From Syntrophomonadaceae bacterium (GTDB lineage Bacteria > Bacillota > Syntrophomonadia > Syntrophomonadales > Syntrophomonadaceae): a stretch of DNA of 44,460 nucleotides. How positions within the stretch are numbered: position 1 is the first letter of the stretch; every line of letters begins with the position of its first letter. A program made the translations under genes and the position numbers. The notes under the pieces are model-generated. The model had not been told where the DNA came from and searched no databases. It was given only the letters and a program-made list of their open reading frames with translations. The DNA lies in assembly GCA_031270725.1 (NCBI GenBank), contig JAISWS010000132.1, positions 1 to 44,460 on the forward strand, read 5' to 3'. Of this stretch, positions 10,462-18,778 are shown piece after piece.

Positions 10462-11309
10462 TTTTAAAAAATATTAATTACACCTATCAAATTAATACGC
10501 CTTTTATGAGAAAAGCTCTTCACAACATAAACCTGTATTCGGGAAAAAATGAAATATTGGGGATATTAGGAGGAACCGGCTCGGGCAAAACGACTTTACT
10601 GCAAGTCATAACCGGTTTATTAACTCCGGACAGCGGGCAAATAGAAATTGATGAAGTTGATATAAGCCAGTACCGGAAAAAGGCGCTGAATGTGTTCGAT
10701 AAAATAGGCATGGTATTTCAGGTTCCGGAAGAACAAATTTTTGAGAAAAAAGTCTTTTCCGAAGTCGCCTTTGGATTGCGGAAAAAATTTTTATCCGCAG
10801 AGGAAATCAGATGTAAAGTAGAAGGTGCTCTGGCAAGCGTGGGACTTAATGCGGATTATTGTCAAAGATTCACATATAACCTGAGCAGCGGAGAAAAACG
10901 GCGTCTGGCCATAGCGTCGGTTTTGGCACTGGAAACGGAGTATATATTTTTTGATGAACCTACAGCTGGATTGGATTATGAAGGACGTGTCCTGCTGCTG
11001 GATAACATAAAAAAATTAAATACGGAAAAACGGATTGGCATGATAATCGTTTCCCATGATCCGTTAGAAATGTTTAGCGTGTGCCACAGGTGCGTGTTGT
11101 TAAAAGACGGGTGTCTGGTCTTTTCAGGCGATCTTACGGACTGGATGGCTAATTATGAAATCTTAACTGAGCAAGGAATGGTATTTCCCCAATCACAGCA
11201 GTTAGTACATGAGCTAAATCGCCGCGGCTGGGATATGAAAGGCGGAATGAAAAATTTTGCGGAAGTTGCCGCGCAGATAATAAAATGTTATGACGGCAGA
11301 TTTCATTAA
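10452..11309 (+). CDS. ecfA2: ECF transporter ATPase component 2
   Basis: Overlaps ecfA1 by 10 nt. Walker A is GGTGSGKTT, the signature is LSSGEKRR, and Walker B is IFFDEPTAGLD. Confidence 0.9.
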   Translation: MSIVLKNINYTYQINTPFMRKALHNINLYSGKNEILGILGGTGSGKTTLLQVITGLLTPDSGQIEIDEVDISQYRKKALNVFDKIGMVFQVPEEQIFEKKVFSEVAFGLRKKFLSAEEIRCKVEGALASVGLNADYCQRFTYNLSSGEKRRLAIASVLALETEYIFFDEPTAGLDYEGRVLLLDNIKKLNTEKRIGMIIVSHDPLEMFSVCHRCVLLKDGCLVFSGDLTDWMANYEILTEQGMVFPQSQQLVHELNRRGWDMKGGMKNFAEVAAQIIKCYDGRFH

Positions 11310-11354
11310 CCGAGTTTAGCTCGCAAAAGCCAGGTTTAAGGAATATTTATAATT

Positions 11355-12149
11355 ATGGATCAATATCTTAATATAGGGCAATATATACCAGCCAACTCTT
11401 TTCTGCACCAATTGGATCCCAGAACCAAAATAATTATTTTGGCTTGTTTAGCCGGCTCACTGTTTGCGGTAAAGTCTTTTGCCGGGCTTGCGGTATTGGT
11501 AATCATGGTATTGCTGCTGATGATAATGAGCAGGATTGGCATGAACATATACCTGAAGAGTTTAAAGCCGTTTATTATTATTTTTGTGGCCATTTTCGCA
11601 GCGCAGATTTTGCTGGCTGACGGAGTAATTTTATGGCAGGTGGGTTTTGTCAAAATAAGCTGGACGGGAGTGGGCGCGGCTTTTAACGTAATAATACGCT
11701 TGATAGTGCTTGTTTTACTGGCAAGGGTTATTACCGGTACTTGCAGCGCCATGTCTTTGACCTGCGGATTGGAAAAATTGCTGATCCCGTTAAATAAAAT
11801 AGGCATCCGGACGCAGGAATTGATTATGATAATGATTATCAGTATGAGATTTATACCGATATTCTCGGAATCAGCCCGTCATATCAGCGTTGCTCAGCAA
11901 TGCCGGGGAGTCAATTGGAGGAAAGGGAAAATAAAAGAGCGCTTGGTAAATATGCTGGCTTTGTTAGTGCCGTTGCTACGCATTGCCATGGAGAGAGCCA
12001 ACGATTTGGCGGAAGCGATGGAATCGCGGGGTTTTCAAACCGGAGCCTCCCGAACGTCACTTAATGAATGGAATATGCAAAGCAAAGATTATTTTACGTT
12101 GGGAATATTGGCTCTGATATTGATTTTTACGATCGTTTGGCCATATTAA
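11355..12149 (+). CDS. ecfT: ECF transporter transmembrane (T) component
   Basis: 264-aa polytopic membrane protein with the LDPRTK N-terminal motif and the ARG/ESRG coupling motif (AMESRGF). Confidence 0.9.
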   Translation: MDQYLNIGQYIPANSFLHQLDPRTKIIILACLAGSLFAVKSFAGLAVLVIMVLLLMIMSRIGMNIYLKSLKPFIIIFVAIFAAQILLADGVILWQVGFVKISWTGVGAAFNVIIRLIVLVLLARVITGTCSAMSLTCGLEKLLIPLNKIGIRTQELIMIMIISMRFIPIFSESARHISVAQQCRGVNWRKGKIKERLVNMLALLVPLLRIAMERANDLAEAMESRGFQTGASRTSLNEWNMQSKDYFTLGILALILIFTIVWPY

Positions 12150-12227
12150 TTAAACGGGGCTGGCGGAAAAAGCGCATAAGACTTTGCGAGGACAGGTTAA
12201 TTCAATTAATTTTCAGAGGGATAAGGG

Positions 12228-12962
12228 ATGGCCAGGATAAAAATGGTAATTGAATATGACGGCAGCGAATATCATGGATTTCAGATGCAGAATAACGCTG
12301 AAACGGTTCAGGAAGAACTGGAGAAAGGCATACGAAAGTTAACCGGAGCGGAAACCAGGCTAATATGTGCGGGCAGAACAGACGCCGGAGTACATGCTTT
12401 AGGGCAGGTAATCGCTTTTGACAGCTGCGCGTCAATACCGGCGGAACGCTGGGGGATGGCTTTGAACAGCGTTTTGCCTGAGGATATTAGAGTACGCTTC
12501 AGCGCTTTAGCTGCGGATGATTTTAATCCGCGGTTTCATGCGTTACGAAAAACATATAGCTATTTAATATACAGAAAAAAGGAGCGGGCTTTATTTTACC
12601 GCAGATATGCTTTGTGCAGCACGGAAAATTTAAATATAATTTCCATGCGGCAGGCATGTGATTATTTGCTGGGACGCCATAATTTTTCGGCGTTCTGCGC
12701 GAGCGGAAATTCCAGCAAAACTTTTGAACGGGAAGTTTATGCCTGTTCTTTGGAGAGTACGGAAAAGCGGCTGATTTTTAAAATTACCGCCAATGGTTTC
12801 TTATACAATATGGTCCGGATAATAGTTGGAACTTTACTGGAAATCGGAAGAGGGAAATACCAGCCGGAACATATGGAAAGATTAATTATTGCCAGAGACC
12901 GGACCCGGGCCGGGCCGACCGCGCCGCCGCAAGGATTATATCTTCATGAAGTGGAATATTAG
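12228..12962 (+). CDS. truA: tRNA pseudouridine(38-40) synthase
   Basis: IEYDGS.YHGFQ.Q and the catalytic motif GRTDAGVHALGQV. Confidence 0.95.
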   Translation: MARIKMVIEYDGSEYHGFQMQNNAETVQEELEKGIRKLTGAETRLICAGRTDAGVHALGQVIAFDSCASIPAERWGMALNSVLPEDIRVRFSALAADDFNPRFHALRKTYSYLIYRKKERALFYRRYALCSTENLNIISMRQACDYLLGRHNFSAFCASGNSSKTFEREVYACSLESTEKRLIFKITANGFLYNMVRIIVGTLLEIGRGKYQPEHMERLIIARDRTRAGPTAPPQGLYLHEVEY

Positions 12963-13041
12963 GAATAGAAACGGCTTTAAGGTGATGGCCATGCAAAGAC
13001 TTAAAAAAAGAACTTTACAGAGAAAAATTCTTTAATCATCC

Positions 13042-13071
13042 TTGACAATGACAGTAATTGTTAGATATTAT
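13042..13071 (+). promoter_or_regulatory. sigma-A-type promoter for rplM-rpsI
   Basis: TTGACA (13042-13047), an 18-nt spacer, then TATTAT (13066-13071). Confidence 0.55.
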
Positions 13072-13170
13072 AAAAAAACAGTGTTTGCTATCAGTAAGGA
13101 TTTTTCTGTTTTAAAATCGCTGGCGAAACTGTTAGTATGGTTATATTATATGGTAACTGGAGGGAAAAAC
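13072..13170 (+). promoter_or_regulatory. about 100-nt rplM 5' leader, a candidate r-protein autoregulatory leader (L13-leader-like)
   Basis: It lies between the promoter and the TTG start. AACAGT(G)TTTGC (about 13076) can pair with GCGAAACTGTT (about 13120). The assignment to an Rfam family is not verified. Confidence 0.3.
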
Positions 13171-13605
13171 TTGAAGACCTTTATGGCAAAATCGGCTGAA
13201 GTAGAACAAAAATGGTATTTGGTAGACGCGGAAGGGCAGACTTTAGGCAGGTTAAGCTCACAGGTAGCGTCTATTTTACGAGGTAAACATAAACCCATAT
13301 ACACCCCGCATGTTGATACCGGTGATTTTATAATTGTAATAAACGCTGAGAAAATTATATTGACCGGCAATAAATTACAACAGAAAAAATATCATCATCA
13401 TTCAGGGTATCCGGGGGGTATGAAAGAAACGTCTTATAAGGATTTGCTTGCTAAAAAGCCGGAAAAGGCAATAGAAGTGGCAGTGAAAGGGATGCTTCCC
13501 CACAATCGTTTAGGCAGCAAAATGTATAAAAAACTGAAAGTTTATCGGGGGAGCGGGCATCCTCATCAAGCCCAGAAGCCTGAAACTCTGGAACTCACAA
13601 GGTAA
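13171..13605 (+). CDS. rplM: 50S ribosomal protein L13
   Basis: TTG 13171 follows GGAGGG (13159-13164) and gives [27 protein letters not shown], the usual L13 N-terminus. The track ORF from 13042 is an upstream read-through. Confidence 0.93.
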   Translation: MKTFMAKSAEVEQKWYLVDAEGQTLGRLSSQVASILRGKHKPIYTPHVDTGDFIIVINAEKIILTGNKLQQKKYHHHSGYPGGMKETSYKDLLAKKPEKAIEVAVKGMLPHNRLGSKMYKKLKVYRGSGHPHQAQKPETLELTR

Positions 13606-13617
13606 GGAGGATTGAAG

Positions 13618-14010
13618 ATGGAAAGAGCGGAATACTTAGGGACAGGAAGAAGGAAAAAAGCCGTTGCGAGAGTAAGATTAGTGCCCGGAGACGGTACTAT
13701 TACTATAAATAAACGCAGCTTTGAAGATTATTTTCCCAATCGTTTAAGCCGTTTAGTGGTTCAGCAGCCTTTGGAACTTACGGATACCAATGGACGTTTC
13801 AATGTTATTTGCCGGGTACACGGAGGCGGAATATCGGGACAGTCCGGAGCGGTGCAGCTGGGAATTGCCCGCGCTTTAGTTAAAGCCAGCGCCGATTTGA
13901 GATTGGTACTCAGGCGTAATGGTTTTCTTACCCGTGACCCGCGTATGAAAGAAAGAAAAAAATATGGCTTGCACGGAGCGAGAAAAGCTCCGCAATATTC
14001 GAAAAGGTAA
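13618..14010 (+). CDS. rpsI: 30S ribosomal protein S9
   Basis: ATG 13618 lies 7 nt after AGGAGG; an alternative TTG start is at 13612. [16 protein letters not shown] and the ...APQYSKR C-terminus are S9 features. Confidence 0.95.
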   Translation: MERAEYLGTGRRKKAVARVRLVPGDGTITINKRSFEDYFPNRLSRLVVQQPLELTDTNGRFNVICRVHGGGISGQSGAVQLGIARALVKASADLRLVLRRNGFLTRDPRMKERKKYGLHGARKAPQYSKR

Positions 14011-14054
14011 ACTGCCGGAAGATTATTTTTATAAAATAAATAACGATAACGATG

Positions 14055-14090
14055 AAGCTGGGATTATTATAATGCCGGCTTTTTTATTTT
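14055..14090 (+). terminator. weak rho-independent terminator after rpsI
   Basis: AAGCTGG (14055-14061) pairs with CCGGCTT (14075-14081), including one G-U pair, and is followed by TTTTTATTTT. Confidence 0.4.
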
Positions 14091-14203
14091 GGAAATTTAC
14101 GCGGCGCTTCTTTATATTTTTTATGGGGCGGCTTTACGGAATTACCGGAAAAGCAGGCTTTCAGGGCGCGATTTCCTGTCAGCAATCCCGGATTGCCCGC
14201 TGC

Positions 14204-14232
14204 TTATAAAATCATTCCCGATCGCATATAGA
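14204..14232 (+). promoter_or_regulatory. possible sporulation-sigma (sigE-like) promoter for cwlD
   Basis: TTATAAA, a 14-nt spacer, then CATATAGA, compared with the B. subtilis sigE pattern (xHATAxx-14-CATACAxT). The match is partial and this is inference only. Confidence 0.25.
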
Positions 14233-14264
14233 ATAATAATTATCTTTGGAACGGGTGAAATGTA

Positions 14265-15002
14265 TTGTTAAAAAACAGAGCGGTTTTTATAAACAATTGG
14301 TGGATTAGAAGTTTGTCCGCGGCGGCGTTATTTATATTGGCCGTTTATTCTGCAACTGCGGGGCCTGAAGAACAAACCGTTTTTTCATACGCTTTGGCCG
14401 GTACGGTTATTGTTATTGACCCCGGACACGGCGGCGTGGATTCCGGCGCGGCGCGGGGAGGAATTTTAGAAAAAGATATTACGCTGCAAATAAGTAAAAA
14501 ATTAGCGCGGCAATTGTCTCAAAGCGGGGCTTTAGTAGTTTTGTTGCGGGAAAATGAAAGCGACCTGGCCGGAGATGAATTTACGGGGCGCATAAAGGAC
14601 CATAAAAACGAAGACATGCTGAAACGCGTTAACAAAGCCAATGAGGCTAAAGGAGACTTATTTATAAGTATACACGTCAACGCGTCGCCGAGCAGTGTCT
14701 GGTCCGGAGCCCAGACTTTTTACAAGCCGGAGCATGAAGAGAGCCGGAAAATAGCGGAAGCTATTCAAAACGCGCTCCGGTTTCAATTAAAAAATACTAA
14801 AAGAGCGGCGGCGGCCGGTGATTTCTTTGTGCTAAAAAAAACCAATATGCCGGCGGTAATGGTGGAAGCCGGATTTTTATCCAATAAAACCGAAGCTGAT
14901 TTATTAACGGATAATGATTATCAGGAAAGGCTGGTTCACGCTATTATAACCGGACTGGCAAATTTCAGGGCCGCACGGCCGGACAGCCGCTCAAACGGAT
15001 AG
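14265..15002 (+). CDS. cwlD: germination-specific N-acetylmuramoyl-L-alanine amidase
   Basis: TTG start and an N-terminal TM/signal anchor. Amidase_3 motifs are present: VIDPGHGGVDSGA, ISIHVNA and VMVEAGFLSN. The position after rplM-rpsI matches Bacillus and Clostridium. Confidence 0.88.
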   Translation: MLKNRAVFINNWWIRSLSAAALFILAVYSATAGPEEQTVFSYALAGTVIVIDPGHGGVDSGAARGGILEKDITLQISKKLARQLSQSGALVVLLRENESDLAGDEFTGRIKDHKNEDMLKRVNKANEAKGDLFISIHVNASPSSVWSGAQTFYKPEHEESRKIAEAIQNALRFQLKNTKRAAAAGDFFVLKKTNMPAVMVEAGFLSNKTEADLLTDNDYQERLVHAIITGLANFRAARPDSRSNG

Positions 15003-15110
15003 TATATGTAAATTATTTACCAAAGCTCTTTGTTTTTTTACTGGATTAGTGCTTTTAGAGTAACAAAACTCTGGTTTTTTAATACCGTATATAGTAAGAA
15101 CGGAAAGGAG

Positions 15111-15917
15111 ATGGTAGGAGTGGCTGATGTAACTCTTAATACTGTCCGGGAAGCGTACATTTCTCAATATTATCCTAATCAGAATTTTGGAAGCCCCCCG
15201 AGATTGTTTGCTGGCAGTTTCAAGCAAACATGCGGTGATATTTATCGCAGTTTGCTTGAATTTGATATGAGAGGACGTAAAGGCTGGAATACAAGCGGGT
15301 GTGGATGCCGTCATAAATACAGACATGAAGAAAGACACTGGCGCCACGACCATGACGATGACTGTGGCTGCGGAGGACACGGCTGGCGCCATGACCATGA
15401 CGATGACTGCGGCTGCGGAGGACACGGCTGGCGCCACGGCCATGACGATGACTGTGACTGCGATGAGCATGATAAGGGGAAGGGTTCAGGCAATCTGTGT
15501 GCCAAATGCATAGACACGGCCGTCTTGAAATTAACTTTGAGACGCAATGAAATACCGGTGAACGACTGCATAACGTTAAAAGTATATATGATTAATTCCC
15601 GCTGGGATGACGACAGGGTGAACTGGAAAAATCAACCTTCGGTATTTAGACGTTGTATAGGTTCAGAAAGCATCAATTCCGGGCTGGGAACAGTGAATAT
15701 TGATATTACCAGAGCTGTTGAAAATTGGTGCGCGTCCGGCGGCAGGTCTCCTTTCAGTATAATGATAGAAGGGGAAGAGGATTGCCTGCGCCTGGTGGGA
15801 TTTGCTTCCAGCTGTGACGCCACAGCCAGTGCGCGCCCGGCGATAGATATAACTTACAACGATTCTGAAGACTGCGGCTGTGCCAAAAATTTCGACTGTG
15901 ACTGTGATTGTGATTGA
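15111..15917 (+). CDS. DNRLRE-like domain protein with a His/Asp/Cys/Gly-rich tandem-repeat insert and a DCDCDCD tail
   Basis: ATG 15111 abuts AAGGAG; an in-frame GTG at 15120 is the alternative start. The flanks resemble the DNRLRE-type domain: YISQYYPNQNFGSPPRL...LLEFD, and LKVYMINSRWDDDRVNWKNQP. No signal peptide is present. Confidence 0.7.
   Translation: MVGVADVTLNTVREAYISQYYPNQNFGSPPRLFAGSFKQTCGDIYRSLLEFDMRGRKGWNTSGCGCRHKYRHEERHWRHDHDDDCGCGGHGWRHDHDDDCGCGGHGWRHGHDDDCDCDEHDKGKGSGNLCAKCIDTAVLKLTLRRNEIPVNDCITLKVYMINSRWDDDRVNWKNQPSVFRRCIGSESINSGLGTVNIDITRAVENWCASGGRSPFSIMIEGEEDCLRLVGFASSCDATASARPAIDITYNDSEDCGCAKNFDCDCDCD
15339..15473 (+). repeat. 3 x 45-nt in-frame tandem repeat (WRHDHDDDCGCGGHG units)
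   Basis: Units start at 15339, 15384 and 15429. Units 1 and 2 differ at only 2 nt, and both changes are synonymous (CAC/CAT, TGT/TGC). Unit 3 differs from unit 1 at 9 nt. Confidence 0.95.
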
Positions 15918-15956
15918 AGATGTTGAAAAAATGGCGGCGTCATAAATAAGGTTTCG

Positions 15957-16012
15957 GAGCAGTGGGTGAAAAGAAACCTGAAAAAGGTTGCCGCCGGCAG
16001 TTCCCACTGCTC
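15957..16012. repeat. perfect 10-bp inverted repeat with a 36-nt loop
   Basis: GAGCAGTGGG (15957-15966) and CCCACTGCTC (16003-16012). No U-run follows. Confidence 0.6.
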
Positions 16013-16164
16013 AACAATTTCCAGGAAACTTGCTTGCCAAGTTTGTAACGCGGGGATTATTGTGTTGACCATTACCTCCAATCCGGCTTGAATTTACACC
16101 AATTGTGCTTTTTCAAGTCCTATTGAAGTCAATTGTATAATTGTATCACTGCGGCCAGATTGAC

Positions 16165-16188
16165 AAAAAGCGTCCTACCATTTGACGC
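16165..16188 (-). terminator. rho-independent terminator closing the minus-strand cluster
   Basis: The minus strand reads GCGTC-AAATGGTAG-GACGC followed by TTTTT. It lies about 100 nt downstream of the stop at 16291. Confidence 0.45.
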
Positions 16189-16290
16189 TTCAAATCCTCC
16201 CATGTTAACACGCTTTTAAAACATTTTTGAAAACAGGTTCTTAATGTATTCTGTCAGCCAATTACATAAGGCTTTGTCTTTTGCTGTTTT

Positions 16291-16728
16291 TTATTTTTCC
16301 GGTTCCAGGTTTTTTAATATTAATTTAAAGGCTTTTTTCAGAAACATAGCGTCCTTGTAAAAAGAATTAAGCCGCCCTATTTTTACCCCATTCAAATAAA
16401 CGTAATTTATAACCAACCAGTTGCGTATTTTAAAGGATTTGATTTTAGTTAATTTTACGCAGCCCGATGAAGTCAAAACCGCGGGATAACGGCCCAGCCT
16501 GTAATAAAGCCGCTGGTCAGTTATGAATATCCATCGGGCATTGCCCGTTTCAGCGTTACCTTTGCTAAATAGCAGGGGCGCTTCATTATCAGGCTCATAT
16601 TCAGGGAAATCATTTTTTACCAGACCAATGTATTCTTCACTGACGTTGGGATATAATTCCGTATCTCTAAGGTACGGCTTTTCGCTTTTTAACCGCTCAA
16701 TTATTTGCGGCAGTTTTTGGTTTAACAT
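16291..16728 (-). CDS. hypothetical cytoplasmic protein, 145 aa
   Basis: Clean ORF that follows the 72-aa membrane ORF by 26 nt. I cannot name a family; the core WIFITDQRLYYRL...IKSFKI may be PH/GRAM-like. Confidence 0.55.
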   Translation of the reverse strand: MLNQKLPQIIERLKSEKPYLRDTELYPNVSEEYIGLVKNDFPEYEPDNEAPLLFSKGNAETGNARWIFITDQRLYYRLGRYPAVLTSSGCVKLTKIKSFKIRNWLVINYVYLNGVKIGRLNSFYKDAMFLKKAFKLILKNLEPEK

Positions 16729-16754
16729 TTTATCCGCCCATCTTTGGATGATAA

Positions 16755-16973
16755 CTATCGAAATAAAACATTTTTAAGCCACAATAAAGCAAGTATTATT
16801 GTAATAGATATTAAAACTAAAATATATTTTTCCCAAAATTTTTCTGGAATCCAGCCAAAAGACAAATCATTATAAAATTTAGCCATTTTACGAAATCTGC
16901 GACTAGTAAGCTGATAAAATAATACTGCTATAAAGATTACAATAAATGTTACTTCTATCCATTTATTATCCAT
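16755..16973 (-). CDS. small membrane protein with two TM segments, 72 aa
   Basis: GGAG lies 10 nt upstream of the ATG. The two hydrophobic helices are IEVTFIVIFIAVLFY and ILVLISITIILALLWL. Confidence 0.5.
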   Translation of the reverse strand: MDNKWIEVTFIVIFIAVLFYQLTSRRFRKMAKFYNDLSFGWIPEKFWEKYILVLISITIILALLWLKNVLFR

Positions 16974-17019
16974 AATCTATCATCTCCAAAAACGTATGTT
17001 AAGCACATTTGAGGTTATA

Positions 17020-17086
17020 TTTGAATGGTTTTTTATTATTTTAACATGGCGTCAATGTTTTCATCAGTAAATTCATACCAGATAAC
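17020..17086 (-). repeat. copy A of the near-identical gene 3' end (including 16 nt beyond the stop codon)
   Basis: 66 of 67 nt are identical to 18712-18778. It encodes ...VIWYEFTDENIDAMLK*. Confidence 0.9.
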
Positions 17087-18085
17087 ATCTTCTTTTGCTT
17101 CCTGCTCTTTTCCAAACGTACGATATATATCTTCTGACACCGGCTCTTCATCAATATAAAATATATTACTGTGTTTCCCTTCTTCATCAATGCTGTAGGA
17201 AAATTCTCCAAGTTTTATTAATTCATATTTTTCTTGTAAAACTGGAAATATCAGCCGGCCATATCCACCAGTAACGTCGCTGGTTGAAAAATCAAATGTT
17301 CCATCTGTTTTTAGATTTTTTATGCCTACAATTGGAAAACAATAGCCAAGAACGGTGCCATATTCATAATGTAAAACTTCTATTTGCTCAAGTAGGTCCA
17401 ATAAGATTTCCGGATACCCGTCCCCATCCAGGTCAACTACTGCAAATTTGAATACTTTCCAAGGTTCATTACGATGATTTCCACGTTCATAATCAAATTC
17501 ATTTAAATATTTATAAGAATGTTCTTCAGTGCTAACAAGTTCCAACTGGCTTTTCAATACCAACCAATAAGCCTGTTGGTCCTGATTATTTTCGAAATAA
17601 TCCATTATAATTTCAGGTGATGGTTCACCTTTTTTAATCATTTTAAAATATTCGCCCGGGATTTTGTATTTTGGAATATCCGTTTCAATCGCTCCCCATA
17701 CAGTTATTAATTGCGGCTGTTTTTCAAATCTTATTAAAAGCTCTCCTTTTTCATATGTCGCAAATTTATGATCCGGCAAATATTTATCAAAAATTAAATT
17801 TATCTGGTTTTTATCCCCATGTACTTTTGCTTGTAGCCTTGTAAGCGACTGATAGCCGTCAATGTTAATTTTTGCATAGTAGCCGCCGTCTTTTTTATAA
17901 ATAGTTATTCCCAAAAAACGGTTTACTCCTACTTTAATATGCTCAGTAAGCGCATAGTAACCAACCCACGATTTTAGTTCATCTTCTTTTAGGGTATAAT
18001 TTTTTATTATAAAGCCCGAAAAAATAAGAAGCGTTATTATAATGCCGCCAACGACGAATATTTTTTTACGTTTATCTTCGCCCAT
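17036..18085 (-). CDS. membrane-anchored protein: N-terminal TM, a domain of about 150 aa, and one copy of the DLDGDG / ...YEFTDENIDAMLK module
   Basis: ATG 18085 lies 7 nt after AGGAG; the track ORF begins at TTG 18103. The TM segment is IFVVGGIIITLLIFSGFII. The C-terminal half is paralogous to both halves of 18728-20137. Confidence 0.8.
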   Translation of the reverse strand: MGEDKRKKIFVVGGIIITLLIFSGFIIKNYTLKEDELKSWVGYYALTEHIKVGVNRFLGITIYKKDGGYYAKINIDGYQSLTRLQAKVHGDKNQINLIFDKYLPDHKFATYEKGELLIRFEKQPQLITVWGAIETDIPKYKIPGEYFKMIKKGEPSPEIIMDYFENNQDQQAYWLVLKSQLELVSTEEHSYKYLNEFDYERGNHRNEPWKVFKFAVVDLDGDGYPEILLDLLEQIEVLHYEYGTVLGYCFPIVGIKNLKTDGTFDFSTSDVTGGYGRLIFPVLQEKYELIKLGEFSYSIDEEGKHSNIFYIDEEPVSEDIYRTFGKEQEAKEDVIWYEFTDENIDAMLK

Positions 18086-18202
18086 AGCTTTCTCTCCTGT
18101 CAATTATAAGTTTAGGCAGCGTCTGCATAAAGTCAGAAGATGGGAAACCAAATTCAACTGGCTTGAGAAAGAACCTAATTTATTCGGCTCCGCTCCGAGG
18201 TA

Positions 18203-18440
18203 TTAATCAACCCTGTTTAGCTCATAAAATCCAATAAACTGGTATACTTCGCCAACCCACAGCATTAAAGTATCATCATTGCGTATAACTATGCCTATAG
18301 GCATTAGTAAATACTATTTTGCTGGAATTGGGATTGTATTCTAGATTGCCAACAGGATTGGAGTTTTCATATGTATGCTGCTGGCAGCCCGCCAAAAACA
18401 GGGTACTTATTAATAACAATTTTAATGCGATGTTTCTCAT
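18203..18440 (-). pseudogene. small lipoprotein gene interrupted by a frameshift
   Basis: MRNIALKLLLISTLFLAGCQQHTYENSNP... (lipobox LAGC) hits TGA after 54 codons. The +1 frame then continues ...PIGIVIRNDDTLMLWVGEVYQFIGFYELNRVD* to 18203. The total of 238 nt is not a multiple of 3. Confidence 0.45.
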
Positions 18441-18465
18441 AATTGTCTCCAATTAATGTCTGCTG

Positions 18466-18609
18466 TTATAAATACCATACAAAAACATGTTTATATCTGC
18501 ATTTAAAAGTGGCCGCTTCCGCGTTATTGATTTGTGGATGATTATTATTAATATTGCTCAAAAAAGCTGCCATTGCCGCACTTATGATGAAAATCACCAA
18601 ATATTTCAT
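18466..18609 (-). CDS. possible 47-aa secreted or membrane peptide
   Basis: MKYLVIFIISAAMAAFLSNI... is signal-peptide-like. The RBS is weak (GGGG, 10 nt upstream). This call has low support. Confidence 0.25.
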   Translation of the reverse strand: MKYLVIFIISAAMAAFLSNINNNHPQINNAEAATFKCRYKHVFVWYL

Positions 18610-18711
18610 AACTGGATAACCCCTTTCAGCCCTAAATTTGTTTGTGCAAACTGGTGTAAATATTTTGGGCGTACTGAATCCGGGTATCAAGGTTAGGAGT
18701 TTTATACAAAT

Positions 18712-18778
18712 TTTGAATAGTTTTTTATTATTTTAACATGGCGTCAATGTTTTCATCAGTAAATTCATACCAGATAAC
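18712..18778 (-). repeat. copy B of the near-identical gene 3' end
   Basis: See copy A. The single mismatch is at 18719 (17027 in copy A). Confidence 0.9.

Noticed and set aside
13042-13170. N-terminal 43-codon extension of the rplM ORF in the track
   Set aside because: The extension starts inside the predicted promoter. The canonical L13 N-terminus MKTFMAK begins at TTG 13171, which has a proper RBS.
13964-14271. ORFs 13964-14209 and 14089-14271 between rpsI and cwlD
   Set aside because: They overlap the rpsI 3' end, the terminator and the cwlD promoter region. Their composition is odd and they have no RBS.
15339-15473. Could the 45-nt tandem repeat be a CRISPR array or other non-coding repeat?
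   Set aside because: The units are directly adjacent with no spacers. They are in-frame within a long ORF, and the only differences between units 1 and 2 are synonymous.
14991-15571. Three overlapping low-complexity ORFs (14991-15470 minus, 15301-15513 plus, 15311-15571 minus) encoding Ala/Val/Met- or Ser/Gln/Pro-rich repeats
   Set aside because: They are alternative-frame and antisense readings of the 45-nt tandem repeat. Only the frame giving the DNRLRE-like flanks is coherent along the full length.
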